Source: Candidatus Thorarchaeota archaeon
Lineage (GTDB): Archaea > Asgardarchaeota > Thorarchaeia > Thorarchaeales > Thorarchaeaceae
NCBI GenBank assembly: GCA_016839605.1
Contig: JAEOTX010000176.1
Span: 1 to 18,734, forward strand
Direction of reading: 5' to 3'
Length of the DNA: 18,734 nt
Shown one piece after another: positions 8,256 to 16,309 of the stretch. Made by a program: the position numbers and the translations under genes. Every line of letters begins with the position of its first letter. Position 1 is the stretch's first letter. The notes under the pieces were generated by a model. It made no database searches and was not told the origin of the DNA. It worked only from the letters and a program-made list of their open reading frames with translations.

Positions 8256-8379
8256 TTCGGCCCACCTCGCTCCAAAATCTGGAATTGAATGAATATTAGC
8301 CTTCTTCGGGGATGCAAAGGAGTCCTCATCAACAACTGTTATATCTTGAAGGTGTCGAGAACGCACTCGTGGCCTCGTC

Positions 8380-9225
8380 ATGACCGAGTCAGACTCAATA
8401 TTACGACATCCGATGTCGAAATACATCAGAGAGGACCGGCAACCTTGGATATACTGTTCTGGGTGTTCGGTGGGTGTAGTCACACAGATGGTTGCTCGTG
8501 CAATTGACAATCTTGGACTCGACTTCACAAAGACCGTTGTGGTCTCAGGCATTGGGTGTACAGGGAGAACTTCTGGCTACTTCAAGACCGGGACCTATCA
8601 CACCACCCACGGAAGAGCCATTGCTTTTGCAGAAGGCGTAAAAATCGCCAATCCCGAATTGGAGGTCATTGTAGTGAGTGGTGACGGAGACCTCGCTGCT
8701 ATTGGAGGCAATCATCTCATTCACGCCTGCCGCAGGAACATCGACATGACGATTGTCTGTGTGAACAATTTCAACTACGGCATGACCGGTGGGCAGTTTG
8801 GTCCCACAACGGAACACGAGAGATATTCCCAGACCAGTCCAAGACCAGTTGGCAATGTTGAGCATCCATTCAACCTCGTAAAACTCGCAGCTTCCTCTGG
8901 AGCAACATTTGTTGCTAGATGGACTGCAGTCCAAGCGAGGAGAGCAACTAAATCGATTGAGACAGGCATTAAGAAGGAGGGCCTATCTTTCATCGAGATT
9001 ATAGGTGCATGTCCTACAGAATTTGGTAGGATGAACAGACTTGGAAATGGAGTCGAGATGCATCAACACCTCCTAGAAGTCGCAGAGATTCAGAATGGGC
9101 TTCCCGCACACGAAGCTGAGCTCCATTATGATACACGAATTGTGTGCGGTGAGTTTGTCAATATCGAGAAACCTGAATATACTGTCGTATTGACTGAGAT
9201 GAATGAGAGACTCAAGAAAGGGTGA
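8380..9225 (+). CDS. korB: 2-oxoacid:ferredoxin oxidoreductase beta subunit (TPP-binding)
   Basis: YCSGC, SGIGC, HTTHGRA, TPP motif GDGD...NNFNYGMTGGQ, and ACPT. Confidence 0.92.
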   Translation: MTESDSILRHPMSKYIREDRQPWIYCSGCSVGVVTQMVARAIDNLGLDFTKTVVVSGIGCTGRTSGYFKTGTYHTTHGRAIAFAEGVKIANPELEVIVVSGDGDLAAIGGNHLIHACRRNIDMTIVCVNNFNYGMTGGQFGPTTEHERYSQTSPRPVGNVEHPFNLVKLAASSGATFVARWTAVQARRATKSIETGIKKEGLSFIEIIGACPTEFGRMNRLGNGVEMHQHLLEVAEIQNGLPAHEAELHYDTRIVCGEFVNIEKPEYTVVLTEMNERLKKG

Positions 9226-9230
9226 TTTCG

Positions 9231-9788
9231 GTGAGTAGGTACGAAATCCGAATTGGAGGATTCGGTGGTCAAGGAGTAGTCACCATGGCTGTGGTGATGG
9301 GAGAAACCGCATCCTTGTTTGACAAGAAGTACGTTGTGCAGACTCAGTCGTACGGTCCTGAAGCCCGTGGGGGAGCAAGCAAGAGCGAGATAGTCATCGG
9401 AGAAGAGGAGATTGACTACCCAAAGGTTCAGGAACCGGATGTGTTCATAGCCATGAGCAGGGCTGCTTATCTGGAATACATCGATGGCCTCAAGGATGAT
9501 GGGATACTCATAATCGATGAAGACCTGGTGACGATAGAGAGCGATCTTCCAGAGGGTGTGACACTCTACAAAATCCCAGCTACCCGGATTGCTGATGAAG
9601 AAGTTGGCACAAAGCAGGCTACAAATGTAGTGATGATTGGGGCGTTCACAGCCATAACAGGAATGCTCTCGGTAAAGGGTCTAAAGAAGCGGATTGAGGA
9701 GCGATGGCCGCGATTCGTTGACACTAACCTCAAGGCGCTAGATTTGGGGATGAAAGCGGGCAAGGCAGCACTGGCTGCAAAGGAATAG
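9231..9788 (+). CDS. korC: 2-oxoacid:ferredoxin oxidoreductase gamma subunit
   Basis: IRIGGFGGQG, TQSYGPEARGGAS and NVVMIGA motifs. GTG 9231 follows a GGGTGA RBS overlapping the korB stop; GTG 9222 is an alternative. Confidence 0.9.
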   Translation: MSRYEIRIGGFGGQGVVTMAVVMGETASLFDKKYVVQTQSYGPEARGGASKSEIVIGEEEIDYPKVQEPDVFIAMSRAAYLEYIDGLKDDGILIIDEDLVTIESDLPEGVTLYKIPATRIADEEVGTKQATNVVMIGAFTAITGMLSVKGLKKRIEERWPRFVDTNLKALDLGMKAGKAALAAKE

Positions 9789-9789
9789 C

Positions 9790-10761
9790 TCAGAAGAAGA
9801 ACCCCAACATCAGTCCTAAGAAATAGGGCAACAATTCTACTGCATTATGTATTGAATGTAGCATGACTGGAAGCAATAGGCTTCTTGTACGTTCCCAAGC
9901 GACTCCGAAGATGAGTCCAATCTGTGCTTGAAAGAGAAATGATTGAGCGAGGGCAAAGCCGAAGATTTCAGGCGTCAAAGCGTAGATGCCATAGTATGAT
10001 TGGAATGCAACAATGTTGGTAAGCATGTGAGCAAAGCCGAAAATCAGTGATGCAATTAAGATGCCCATCAAACGTCCACTGCGCTCGGAAAAGTAAGATT
10101 GCAGCACAGTTCGAAATACTAGTTCTTCAGGTAGTGCTGCTGCGATAAGCGAAAAAAGAAAGCCAAATACGAGTGCAATCGGAATCAGAGCAAATGGATC
10201 GGTTCCCGGCATGAAATCAACAAGGATAAGGAATCTAGTCCATTCCCAGTAACCAATTTGTACGAAGACTAGGATTCCATAAGCTAATGTCAATACCACT
10301 GTGACAATCATATTCCGTTTGGAGCCAAGAGTAAATCCAATAACACTTAGTGATAGTCCCTTTATGTTTCGTAAATAGTAAAGAGGTACAACAAAGCCTA
10401 GTACAAAAACGAGCAGAGCAATAGACACACTGGAGAGGATTTGTCCGATAGGAGCCACAAGCAGACTCATAGAAAAGAACCAGAGTAGTACCAACACTGT
10501 TGTCTTTCCACTCAGACGGGGTATCTCAGAATATGATTGTGGGATTATATGGAGAATAAGGGGAATCAGAATTAGAAGAGGCATTGTCACGCCGAAAGGG
10601 AATATTGTGAAATTTCCCACAAGATAGAATGCCATCAATCCCGCAAGGGTGATGAGTCCGATTGCCACAACAGCCCACAGTATTGTAGCATTGCGCTCCC
10701 TGACCGACAGTTGAGTAATTGACCGACTCAATGGTCTATCGGTTTCGTTCCCTCCAGCCAT
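9790..10761 (-). CDS. CPBP/Abi (CAAX protease-like) intramembrane metalloprotease
   Basis: EELVFR, FGFAH and HSIHN catalytic motifs with many TM helices. ATG 10761 follows GGAGGTG. Confidence 0.88.
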   Translation of the reverse strand: MAGGNETDRPLSRSITQLSVRERNATILWAVVAIGLITLAGLMAFYLVGNFTIFPFGVTMPLLILIPLILHIIPQSYSEIPRLSGKTTVLVLLWFFSMSLLVAPIGQILSSVSIALLVFVLGFVVPLYYLRNIKGLSLSVIGFTLGSKRNMIVTVVLTLAYGILVFVQIGYWEWTRFLILVDFMPGTDPFALIPIALVFGFLFSLIAAALPEELVFRTVLQSYFSERSGRLMGILIASLIFGFAHMLTNIVAFQSYYGIYALTPEIFGFALAQSFLFQAQIGLIFGVAWERTRSLLLPVMLHSIHNAVELLPYFLGLMLGFFF

Positions 10762-10925
10762 GACAACCACCTCCGAAGCTCACACCCGTTCCTGTAATCA
10801 ATCATCCGGTCGAAGGAATGAAAATTGCATCAACCACAAACACCATAGCTCTGAACGCTACACAAACCTGGAGAATTTCGTTAGCTGCGGTGAAGACGTT
10901 ATGAAGAGGGTGAAATAGAGCGGAA

Positions 10926-11714
10926 TCAGACCTCTGCATCCTGCAAAGCTATAATCGCTGCGCCGAGCGCCCCTGTGAGTTGAGGTATTTTCGGCACCCA
11001 GAGTTCTGCCTTCAATATATCTGAAAGATAGTGACGGAAGGCAGGGTTCAGAGCTACTCCTCCAGTCACGCCGATGGGTGTAGCAACTCCTACCCTCTTA
11101 GATAGCGATCCTATCTTCGAGGCCATTGACTGATGAACACCCGCAGCAATATCAGCAGGCGAGTCACCGGAACCTATGCGACCAATGACTTCACTCTCTG
11201 CGAACACAGTACAGGTGCTGCTGATTGAACATGGCGAGTTAGATTTCAGCCCCAGAGGCCCCAGTTCATCCATTGAAACCTCCAATACACGCGCCATCAC
11301 TTCCAGGAATCTACCTGTCCCTGCACTGCATTTGTCATTCAATTCAAAGTCCTCGGGTCGACCATTTGACCCTATCCGAATCACTTTGGAGTCTTGACCC
11401 CCCACATCGATTAGAAGCCGAATGTCAGGATTGAGAGTATTAACGCCAACACTGTGACAGGTGATTTCAGTTACGGTCTTATGGGCCATATCGACTATAT
11501 TTCGACCATATCCGGTACCAATGATACGACATTCATCCCTAGTCTTTTCCGATGTTGAGAGTAGATTTCCCAAGACGTGGGCAACAGCTGAGGCGGCTGA
11601 GGCTCCAGTGCTTTGTAGATGAGTGGCAAGAATGGAACCATCAGAATCAATTATGACTCCCTTAGTAGTTGTCGACCCAACATCAAGACCAATTCCGAAT
11701 GGTTTCTCTGTCAC
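10926..11714 (-). CDS. ATP-dependent activator of 2-hydroxyacyl-CoA dehydratase (HgdC/BcrAD/BadFG ASKHA ATPase)
   Basis: GLDVGSTTTK, TGYGR, TEITCH, IDVGGQDSK, NDKCSAGTGRFLE, STCTVFAESE and GALGAA motifs. Confidence 0.92.
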   Translation of the reverse strand: MTEKPFGIGLDVGSTTTKGVIIDSDGSILATHLQSTGASAASAVAHVLGNLLSTSEKTRDECRIIGTGYGRNIVDMAHKTVTEITCHSVGVNTLNPDIRLLIDVGGQDSKVIRIGSNGRPEDFELNDKCSAGTGRFLEVMARVLEVSMDELGPLGLKSNSPCSISSTCTVFAESEVIGRIGSGDSPADIAAGVHQSMASKIGSLSKRVGVATPIGVTGGVALNPAFRHYLSDILKAELWVPKIPQLTGALGAAIIALQDAEV

Positions 11715-11726
11715 GGTTTCAACATC

Positions 11727-12938
11727 CTAGACGAACATCTCGAGCAGAGCGTCAACACGAGTCTGAATCTGAGCCTCATTGAAGAGTCGACTGTCGACCA
11801 TATCACCTTCAATCACAACACCGGGCACACCTGTCTTTTCGGTGACAATCTCTTTAGAAACTAGCTGACCAAGTGAATATCGCTTACACGATCTTACAGA
11901 AAACATGACAAATCCATCTAGGTCGAAATCCTTTATGAGCTGACACATCTTGTCAACCTTGGCATCCAGATTCTTGTTGAGATAGACATTCGAATAGATG
12001 TCAACAACACCATCGAGAAGTGAATCTGTATCCGTTCCCTCAACTGCTCCAGACCACGCATGTGTGTAAGTGTCTGCAGGGAACACCACACCTCGAGCAG
12101 CTAGCTGATTAAAGAATCTAAGAATGAACCATGGAGGAATATTGTCCCATAGCAGCCGAATCTTCTCCTCACGAATTGCACCAATACTCTGTTTGACACG
12201 GTCTTCGACCTCCGCAAGGAGGACTTCATAGAACTCGGTGCAATGCTCCATTCCGCGACTCGAAACGACCGGAGCCATGGTCAGAAATCGGTCAGCACAG
12301 TTGAGAGGACTCGGTTTGTTCTGGCAGGCCTTGAGTGATTGCGTCCAGAGTTTGATGGCTCTGCTCGATAGATCTGCCACTTCACGGAACTTGTCTTCTT
12401 CCAATGTCGTGTTGAATGTCTTTCCCAAGAACTCGATAAGACGCTCAAGGCCTTGCTTAACGTATGCTCGATGATGTGGCTTTTGCTCAGCTTCAAGTGG
12501 TGGTGTATCAAGTAGAAAAACAGGAGCACCTGTCTGTTCAGAATTCGCATCGTACCACTTCAAAATCGTGCCGCATATGTTGTTGCACCCGAGGAAGGCC
12601 TGCGGCTTTGGTAATGCGCCCATGGCTACATCGTCAGGTCTGTCTGTTGAACCAATGCTCGCCCGAGCATAGGAGCACAACTCCTGCGAGTACCCCAAAT
12701 CTTCCGCAAATCCACAAACTTCTGGACCTATCTTTGTTGCACCAATAATTGCGCCGGATTGCTCGGGATAAGTTGGAAACACGTTCATGGCAACTGGAAT
12801 CTCAACGGGGAATCCCGAAGATACCCATGCCAAGTTCCCTTCTTCAGATGCAGCCATTGCTTCCATTCCATGACGGAAGGCTATCTGTTGCAGTAGGGCC
12901 TGAGTTTCCAGTTTTCTATAGGGCTTCTCGTCGCTCAT
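11727..12938 (-). CDS. 2-hydroxyacyl-CoA dehydratase / benzoyl-CoA reductase family subunit (HgdA/BcrB/BzdO-like)
   Basis: ELCSYAR, NNICGTILKW, RLLWDNIPPW, RSCK, IEGDMVD and QTRVDALLE motifs. ATG 12938 follows GGAGTGA. Confidence 0.88.
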   Translation of the reverse strand: MSDEKPYRKLETQALLQQIAFRHGMEAMAASEEGNLAWVSSGFPVEIPVAMNVFPTYPEQSGAIIGATKIGPEVCGFAEDLGYSQELCSYARASIGSTDRPDDVAMGALPKPQAFLGCNNICGTILKWYDANSEQTGAPVFLLDTPPLEAEQKPHHRAYVKQGLERLIEFLGKTFNTTLEEDKFREVADLSSRAIKLWTQSLKACQNKPSPLNCADRFLTMAPVVSSRGMEHCTEFYEVLLAEVEDRVKQSIGAIREEKIRLLWDNIPPWFILRFFNQLAARGVVFPADTYTHAWSGAVEGTDTDSLLDGVVDIYSNVYLNKNLDAKVDKMCQLIKDFDLDGFVMFSVRSCKRYSLGQLVSKEIVTEKTGVPGVVIEGDMVDSRLFNEAQIQTRVDALLEMFV

Positions 12939-12951
12939 TCTTGTCACTCCT

Positions 12952-14151
12952 TCAACTGGCATTAATGGTCTCTAGAAAGGTCTGAATCCTACCTTCAATC
13001 CGTGCACGGTCCGACAGTTCAGAGTCAAGAGGAAGTTTCACAGTCGCAACCCCAACTTCTTCAGCAGCTTTCTCCAATGAAGGCGCCTCGAACTCATCGG
13101 GATCACAGAAAGACTGCTCACACACGATTAACCCATGAATTGAGAGCTTCGTTAGAACGTCTTTGAGGAATGCGGTGCGTTTTGGTAAGCCTTCTTGAGT
13201 CGGCTCACTATGGGCCCCTAGAATCGACCGCGCTGATTCCCTAAAGGGGTCACCTTCAATGCTTACTGGCGGTGTAAAGACCGTCTTGAATCCAAAAGAC
13301 AACATGTCAAGTACCAATGTTGTATGAGTGATGCCGGGGATGTTTTCCATAAGTCCTGCTAAAGTGCTTGGCTCAACCATTCCTCCAATTACAGCGATTC
13401 TATGATTGGCTGAATCAATTTCAGCTTCAAAATCCGAAAGGTCTTGGTTCAATAACGATTCACGCAGTTGCTCAACCGTGTTCTTCTGATTTGTATCAAG
13501 TTTCTCTACGACCTCCTCCCATTTCCCTTTCATTCGCTCAGATGCCTCTTGTGTGGGTGCAGTCAAAAACTCACCTACAAGATTGGAAAGTGTATTGTAG
13601 GAGATCAAAGACGGATAGAGAAGTCGGACAGTGTAAAACAATTGCAGAACATCTCGTATCTCATGAAGCAACAATGCTGCGGTCCTGAAATTCGATTCGG
13701 AAAAGGCGACACCATATAAGCCAGTAAGTTCGTTAGAGAGAGCTTCGATTTCCATAGATAGAAAGTCAACACTCGCTTCACCAAAGTCCCCAACCGGATA
13801 CGTGAGACGAAGCACCCTATCTTCAGGAAATCGCTTTCGCCAAATATCTCCAACGTTCTGGAGAGCGTCACATGTGTTGCCAGAAAATACTATGCCAGCT
13901 AGCAGAGGAAAGCTACTACTGACTCTTTGACTGAACAGGTTTCGGGTAAGGGAGCAGGAGAAAGTCTGCAGACTTGCTTCATACGCTCCAACTACTGAAG
14001 GATTGGTGCGAACCAGAGAGGGTTTGAGTCCGTGAGCTATGAGTATCTCGTGTGGAGGGTGTGGATAAACATAGCCAATAACCCGTTCTCCTGCGTCAAC
14101 TAGTGCTTGCAGAACCTGATTTGATTGTTCAATGACTTCTGGGAAGCTCAC
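12952..14151 (-). CDS. 2-hydroxyacyl-CoA dehydratase / benzoyl-CoA reductase family subunit (HgdB/BcrC/BzdN-like)
   Basis: PHEILIAHG, LQTFSCS, NTCDALQ, FCDP and RIQTFLE motifs. GTG start follows GAGGTG. Confidence 0.85.
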   Translation of the reverse strand: MSFPEVIEQSNQVLQALVDAGERVIGYVYPHPPHEILIAHGLKPSLVRTNPSVVGAYEASLQTFSCSLTRNLFSQRVSSSFPLLAGIVFSGNTCDALQNVGDIWRKRFPEDRVLRLTYPVGDFGEASVDFLSMEIEALSNELTGLYGVAFSESNFRTAALLLHEIRDVLQLFYTVRLLYPSLISYNTLSNLVGEFLTAPTQEASERMKGKWEEVVEKLDTNQKNTVEQLRESLLNQDLSDFEAEIDSANHRIAVIGGMVEPSTLAGLMENIPGITHTTLVLDMLSFGFKTVFTPPVSIEGDPFRESARSILGAHSEPTQEGLPKRTAFLKDVLTKLSIHGLIVCEQSFCDPDEFEAPSLEKAAEEVGVATVKLPLDSELSDRARIEGRIQTFLETINAS

Positions 14152-14275
14152 AAGGACACCTCAACTATCAATCCTCAACAGCATCATCAATAGCGAACAT
14201 CCCATCTCTGCTTTCTTATTTCTTGTGCTACAAGTCAGCTTGAGGTAAATATTGACGAAAGTGGACAATTCTGTG

Positions 14276-14314
14276 ATTCAGTATGTACATAGTGGATGAG
14301 CAGAAGATTATATC
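14276..14314. promoter_or_regulatory. Imperfect 22-bp palindrome (putative operator) next to a BRE/TATA-like element in the divergent dehydratase / acyl-CoA ligase promoter region
   Basis: ATtCAgTATGTACATAgTGgAT with a perfect 10-bp core TATGTACATA at 14282-14291, followed by GCAGAAGATTATATC. Confidence 0.5.
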
Positions 14315-14407
14315 AAGCACCGTATTCGTAAGATTTTGTCATGTTACCCGCAAAAGCTCAGGCAATTTGCGGCTGATAAATAGAGAGAGAACGGAGTGAA
14401 CAAATCT

Positions 14408-16147
14408 ATGGAAGAAATGCTTTGGCATAAGCATAAGTGGCCTGAAACCGTCAAGAAGTCGTTAGACTATCCCAATGAGCCACTATTTGCTTTATTAGAT
14501 AATATTACTGCAGAACATCCTGAAGCGCCGTCCACGTTATATCGGGGGATTGCGCATCCATTTGCAGAAGTGAAAGATCACGCTGATAGGATAGCCAATT
14601 TCCTCTCAAGCAGAGGTATTGGAAAAGGCGACAAAGTTGCGATTTTCATGCCTAATATGCCCATGTATCCGCCCGTGTTCTTTGGAATCCTGAAGACTGG
14701 TGCAACCGCTGTCACCTGCAATCCATCATACAAGATGGGCGAATTGAACTTCCAGCTTAAAGACTCGGGAGCAAAGGCAGTGTTTGTGTTTGACCATCCC
14801 GTCTTTACGCCCACAGGATATGGAGCGGCTAAAGGCACTGATGTTGAAACAATCGTGATATGTAGTATCAAGAGATTCCTACCCAAGATAACAGCAATTA
14901 TTGGTGGGCTTCTAGGAAAGGTTCCCAAGGGTGATTCATATGAGGAAGGAACTGTCTTCTACGATGACATCATTGAGCAGTACGAGGCGAAGGCACCAGA
15001 TGTGAGCATCGACCCAAAGGAAGATCTTGCGTTGATTCTATACACTGGTGGGACTACTGGGACTCCCAAGGGAGCAATGCTCACTCATCACAACCTGTAC
15101 AGCAACATAATGCAGTTTGACGAATGGGTTCAACTGGAGCCAGAGGGAGGCGGACCACCAGAGAAGCTCAAACCTGGCGTAGAAGTCTTCGTTGGAGCGC
15201 TCCCATGGTATCACAGCTATGGTCTGACTCTATCAATGCTCGCCTCCTATTTCATGGGAAGTGCGCTGATATGCATTCCAGACCCAAGAGCTGGGAAACC
15301 TCCCATGAGTGATCTGCTCGCTGATATTCAAGATAACAAAGGATCTATCCTGCATTGTGTGCCTGCACTATATGCAGGGATGGTGAACAATCCAACTGTA
15401 GGAAAGTACGACCTATCGTCTCTCAGGGGATGTGGGTCAGGTGCTGCACCGTTGCCTCCTGAACTAGCCAAGGTCTTTGAGAGTACTACTGGAGCCACAC
15501 TCTTTGAGGGGTATGGTCTTACCGAAACGGCGCCGATGGCTACAGCGAACCCATCGCTGAAGAGCCTGCGCAAGTTCGGGTCAATCGGGTTACCAATCTC
15601 AGATACCTATGTCACAATCCTCGACTTAGAAACGGGTAATAAGGAGCTGGAACAGGGAGAGACCGGCGAGATAGCCATCAGTGGACCTCAAGTCATGAAG
15701 GGCTACTGGAATCAACCTGATGAAACTGCCGCAGTGATTAGGACCATCAATGGAAAGCGCTACTTCCTCACTGGCGACATTGGCCATCAAGATGAGGAGG
15801 GCTTCTTCGTTGTTTCCGACCGCAAGAAGGACATGATCAACGTCGGTGGTTTGAAGGCCTATCCAAGAGAGATAGAAGATCAGTTCTTTGAACATCCAAA
15901 GGTAGCAATGGCTGCTGTCATAGGTCTGCCCAGAGAAGACGACCCAACCAACGAGTACGTCAAGGCGTACGTCATTCTAAAAGAGGGAGAAACAGCCACT
16001 GAAGAGGAATTCGTCGCTTGGGCCAAGGAGAACATGGCGGGCTATAAGCGTCCAAAGGAAGTGGAGTTTGTTGACACTCTGCCAATGACCTCCGTCGGCA
16101 AGGTCCTACGTCGGGAACTCAAAGAAGCAGAGTTAGCTAAGAAGTAG
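14408..16147 (+). CDS. Acyl-CoA synthetase / long-chain-fatty-acid-CoA ligase (FadD-like), paralog 1
   Basis: YTGGTTGTPKG, EGYGLTE, TGDIG, DRKKDMI and C-terminal VGKVLRR motifs. ATG 14408 is preferred by the GGAGTGA RBS and alignment with paralog 2; GTG 14396 is an alternative. Confidence 0.92.
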   Translation: MEEMLWHKHKWPETVKKSLDYPNEPLFALLDNITAEHPEAPSTLYRGIAHPFAEVKDHADRIANFLSSRGIGKGDKVAIFMPNMPMYPPVFFGILKTGATAVTCNPSYKMGELNFQLKDSGAKAVFVFDHPVFTPTGYGAAKGTDVETIVICSIKRFLPKITAIIGGLLGKVPKGDSYEEGTVFYDDIIEQYEAKAPDVSIDPKEDLALILYTGGTTGTPKGAMLTHHNLYSNIMQFDEWVQLEPEGGGPPEKLKPGVEVFVGALPWYHSYGLTLSMLASYFMGSALICIPDPRAGKPPMSDLLADIQDNKGSILHCVPALYAGMVNNPTVGKYDLSSLRGCGSGAAPLPPELAKVFESTTGATLFEGYGLTETAPMATANPSLKSLRKFGSIGLPISDTYVTILDLETGNKELEQGETGEIAISGPQVMKGYWNQPDETAAVIRTINGKRYFLTGDIGHQDEEGFFVVSDRKKDMINVGGLKAYPREIEDQFFEHPKVAMAAVIGLPREDDPTNEYVKAYVILKEGETATEEEFVAWAKENMAGYKRPKEVEFVDTLPMTSVGKVLRRELKEAELAKK

Positions 16148-16160
16148 AATGTTTGGAAAC

Positions 16161-16205
16161 AGGGGAAGGGAATCAACCCTCCCCTCTACCATCTTTTTCT
16201 TCTTG
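16161..16205 (+). terminator. Putative terminator hairpin plus pyrimidine/T tract after ligase 1
   Basis: AGGGG(A)AGGG-AATCAA-CCCTCCCCT stem-loop followed by ATCTTTTTCTTCTT. Confidence 0.55.
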
Positions 16206-16309
16206 TCACGGGAAGTTTTTGCGTAATTTCTAACTTCCTCAACAATTAAGAGGCACAGATGCAGTATAGGGCAGTCTAACAGCGTTAGGATTTTCTGGAG
16301 AAGGATGAG

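Noticed and set aside
5945-8379. The island as a mobile element
   Set aside because: No transposase or integrase, terminal inverted repeats or target-site duplication were seen.
8380-8552. N-terminal extension of the 624-aa minus-strand ORF overlapping korB
   Set aside because: It is antisense to conserved korB motifs, and both the longin domain and an RBS start much further downstream. Most likely a longest-ORF artefact.
9790-10761. CAAX-like protease as the processing enzyme for the nearby GTPase
   Set aside because: The GTPase has no C-terminal cysteine motif, and CPBP proteases are widespread in prokaryotes.
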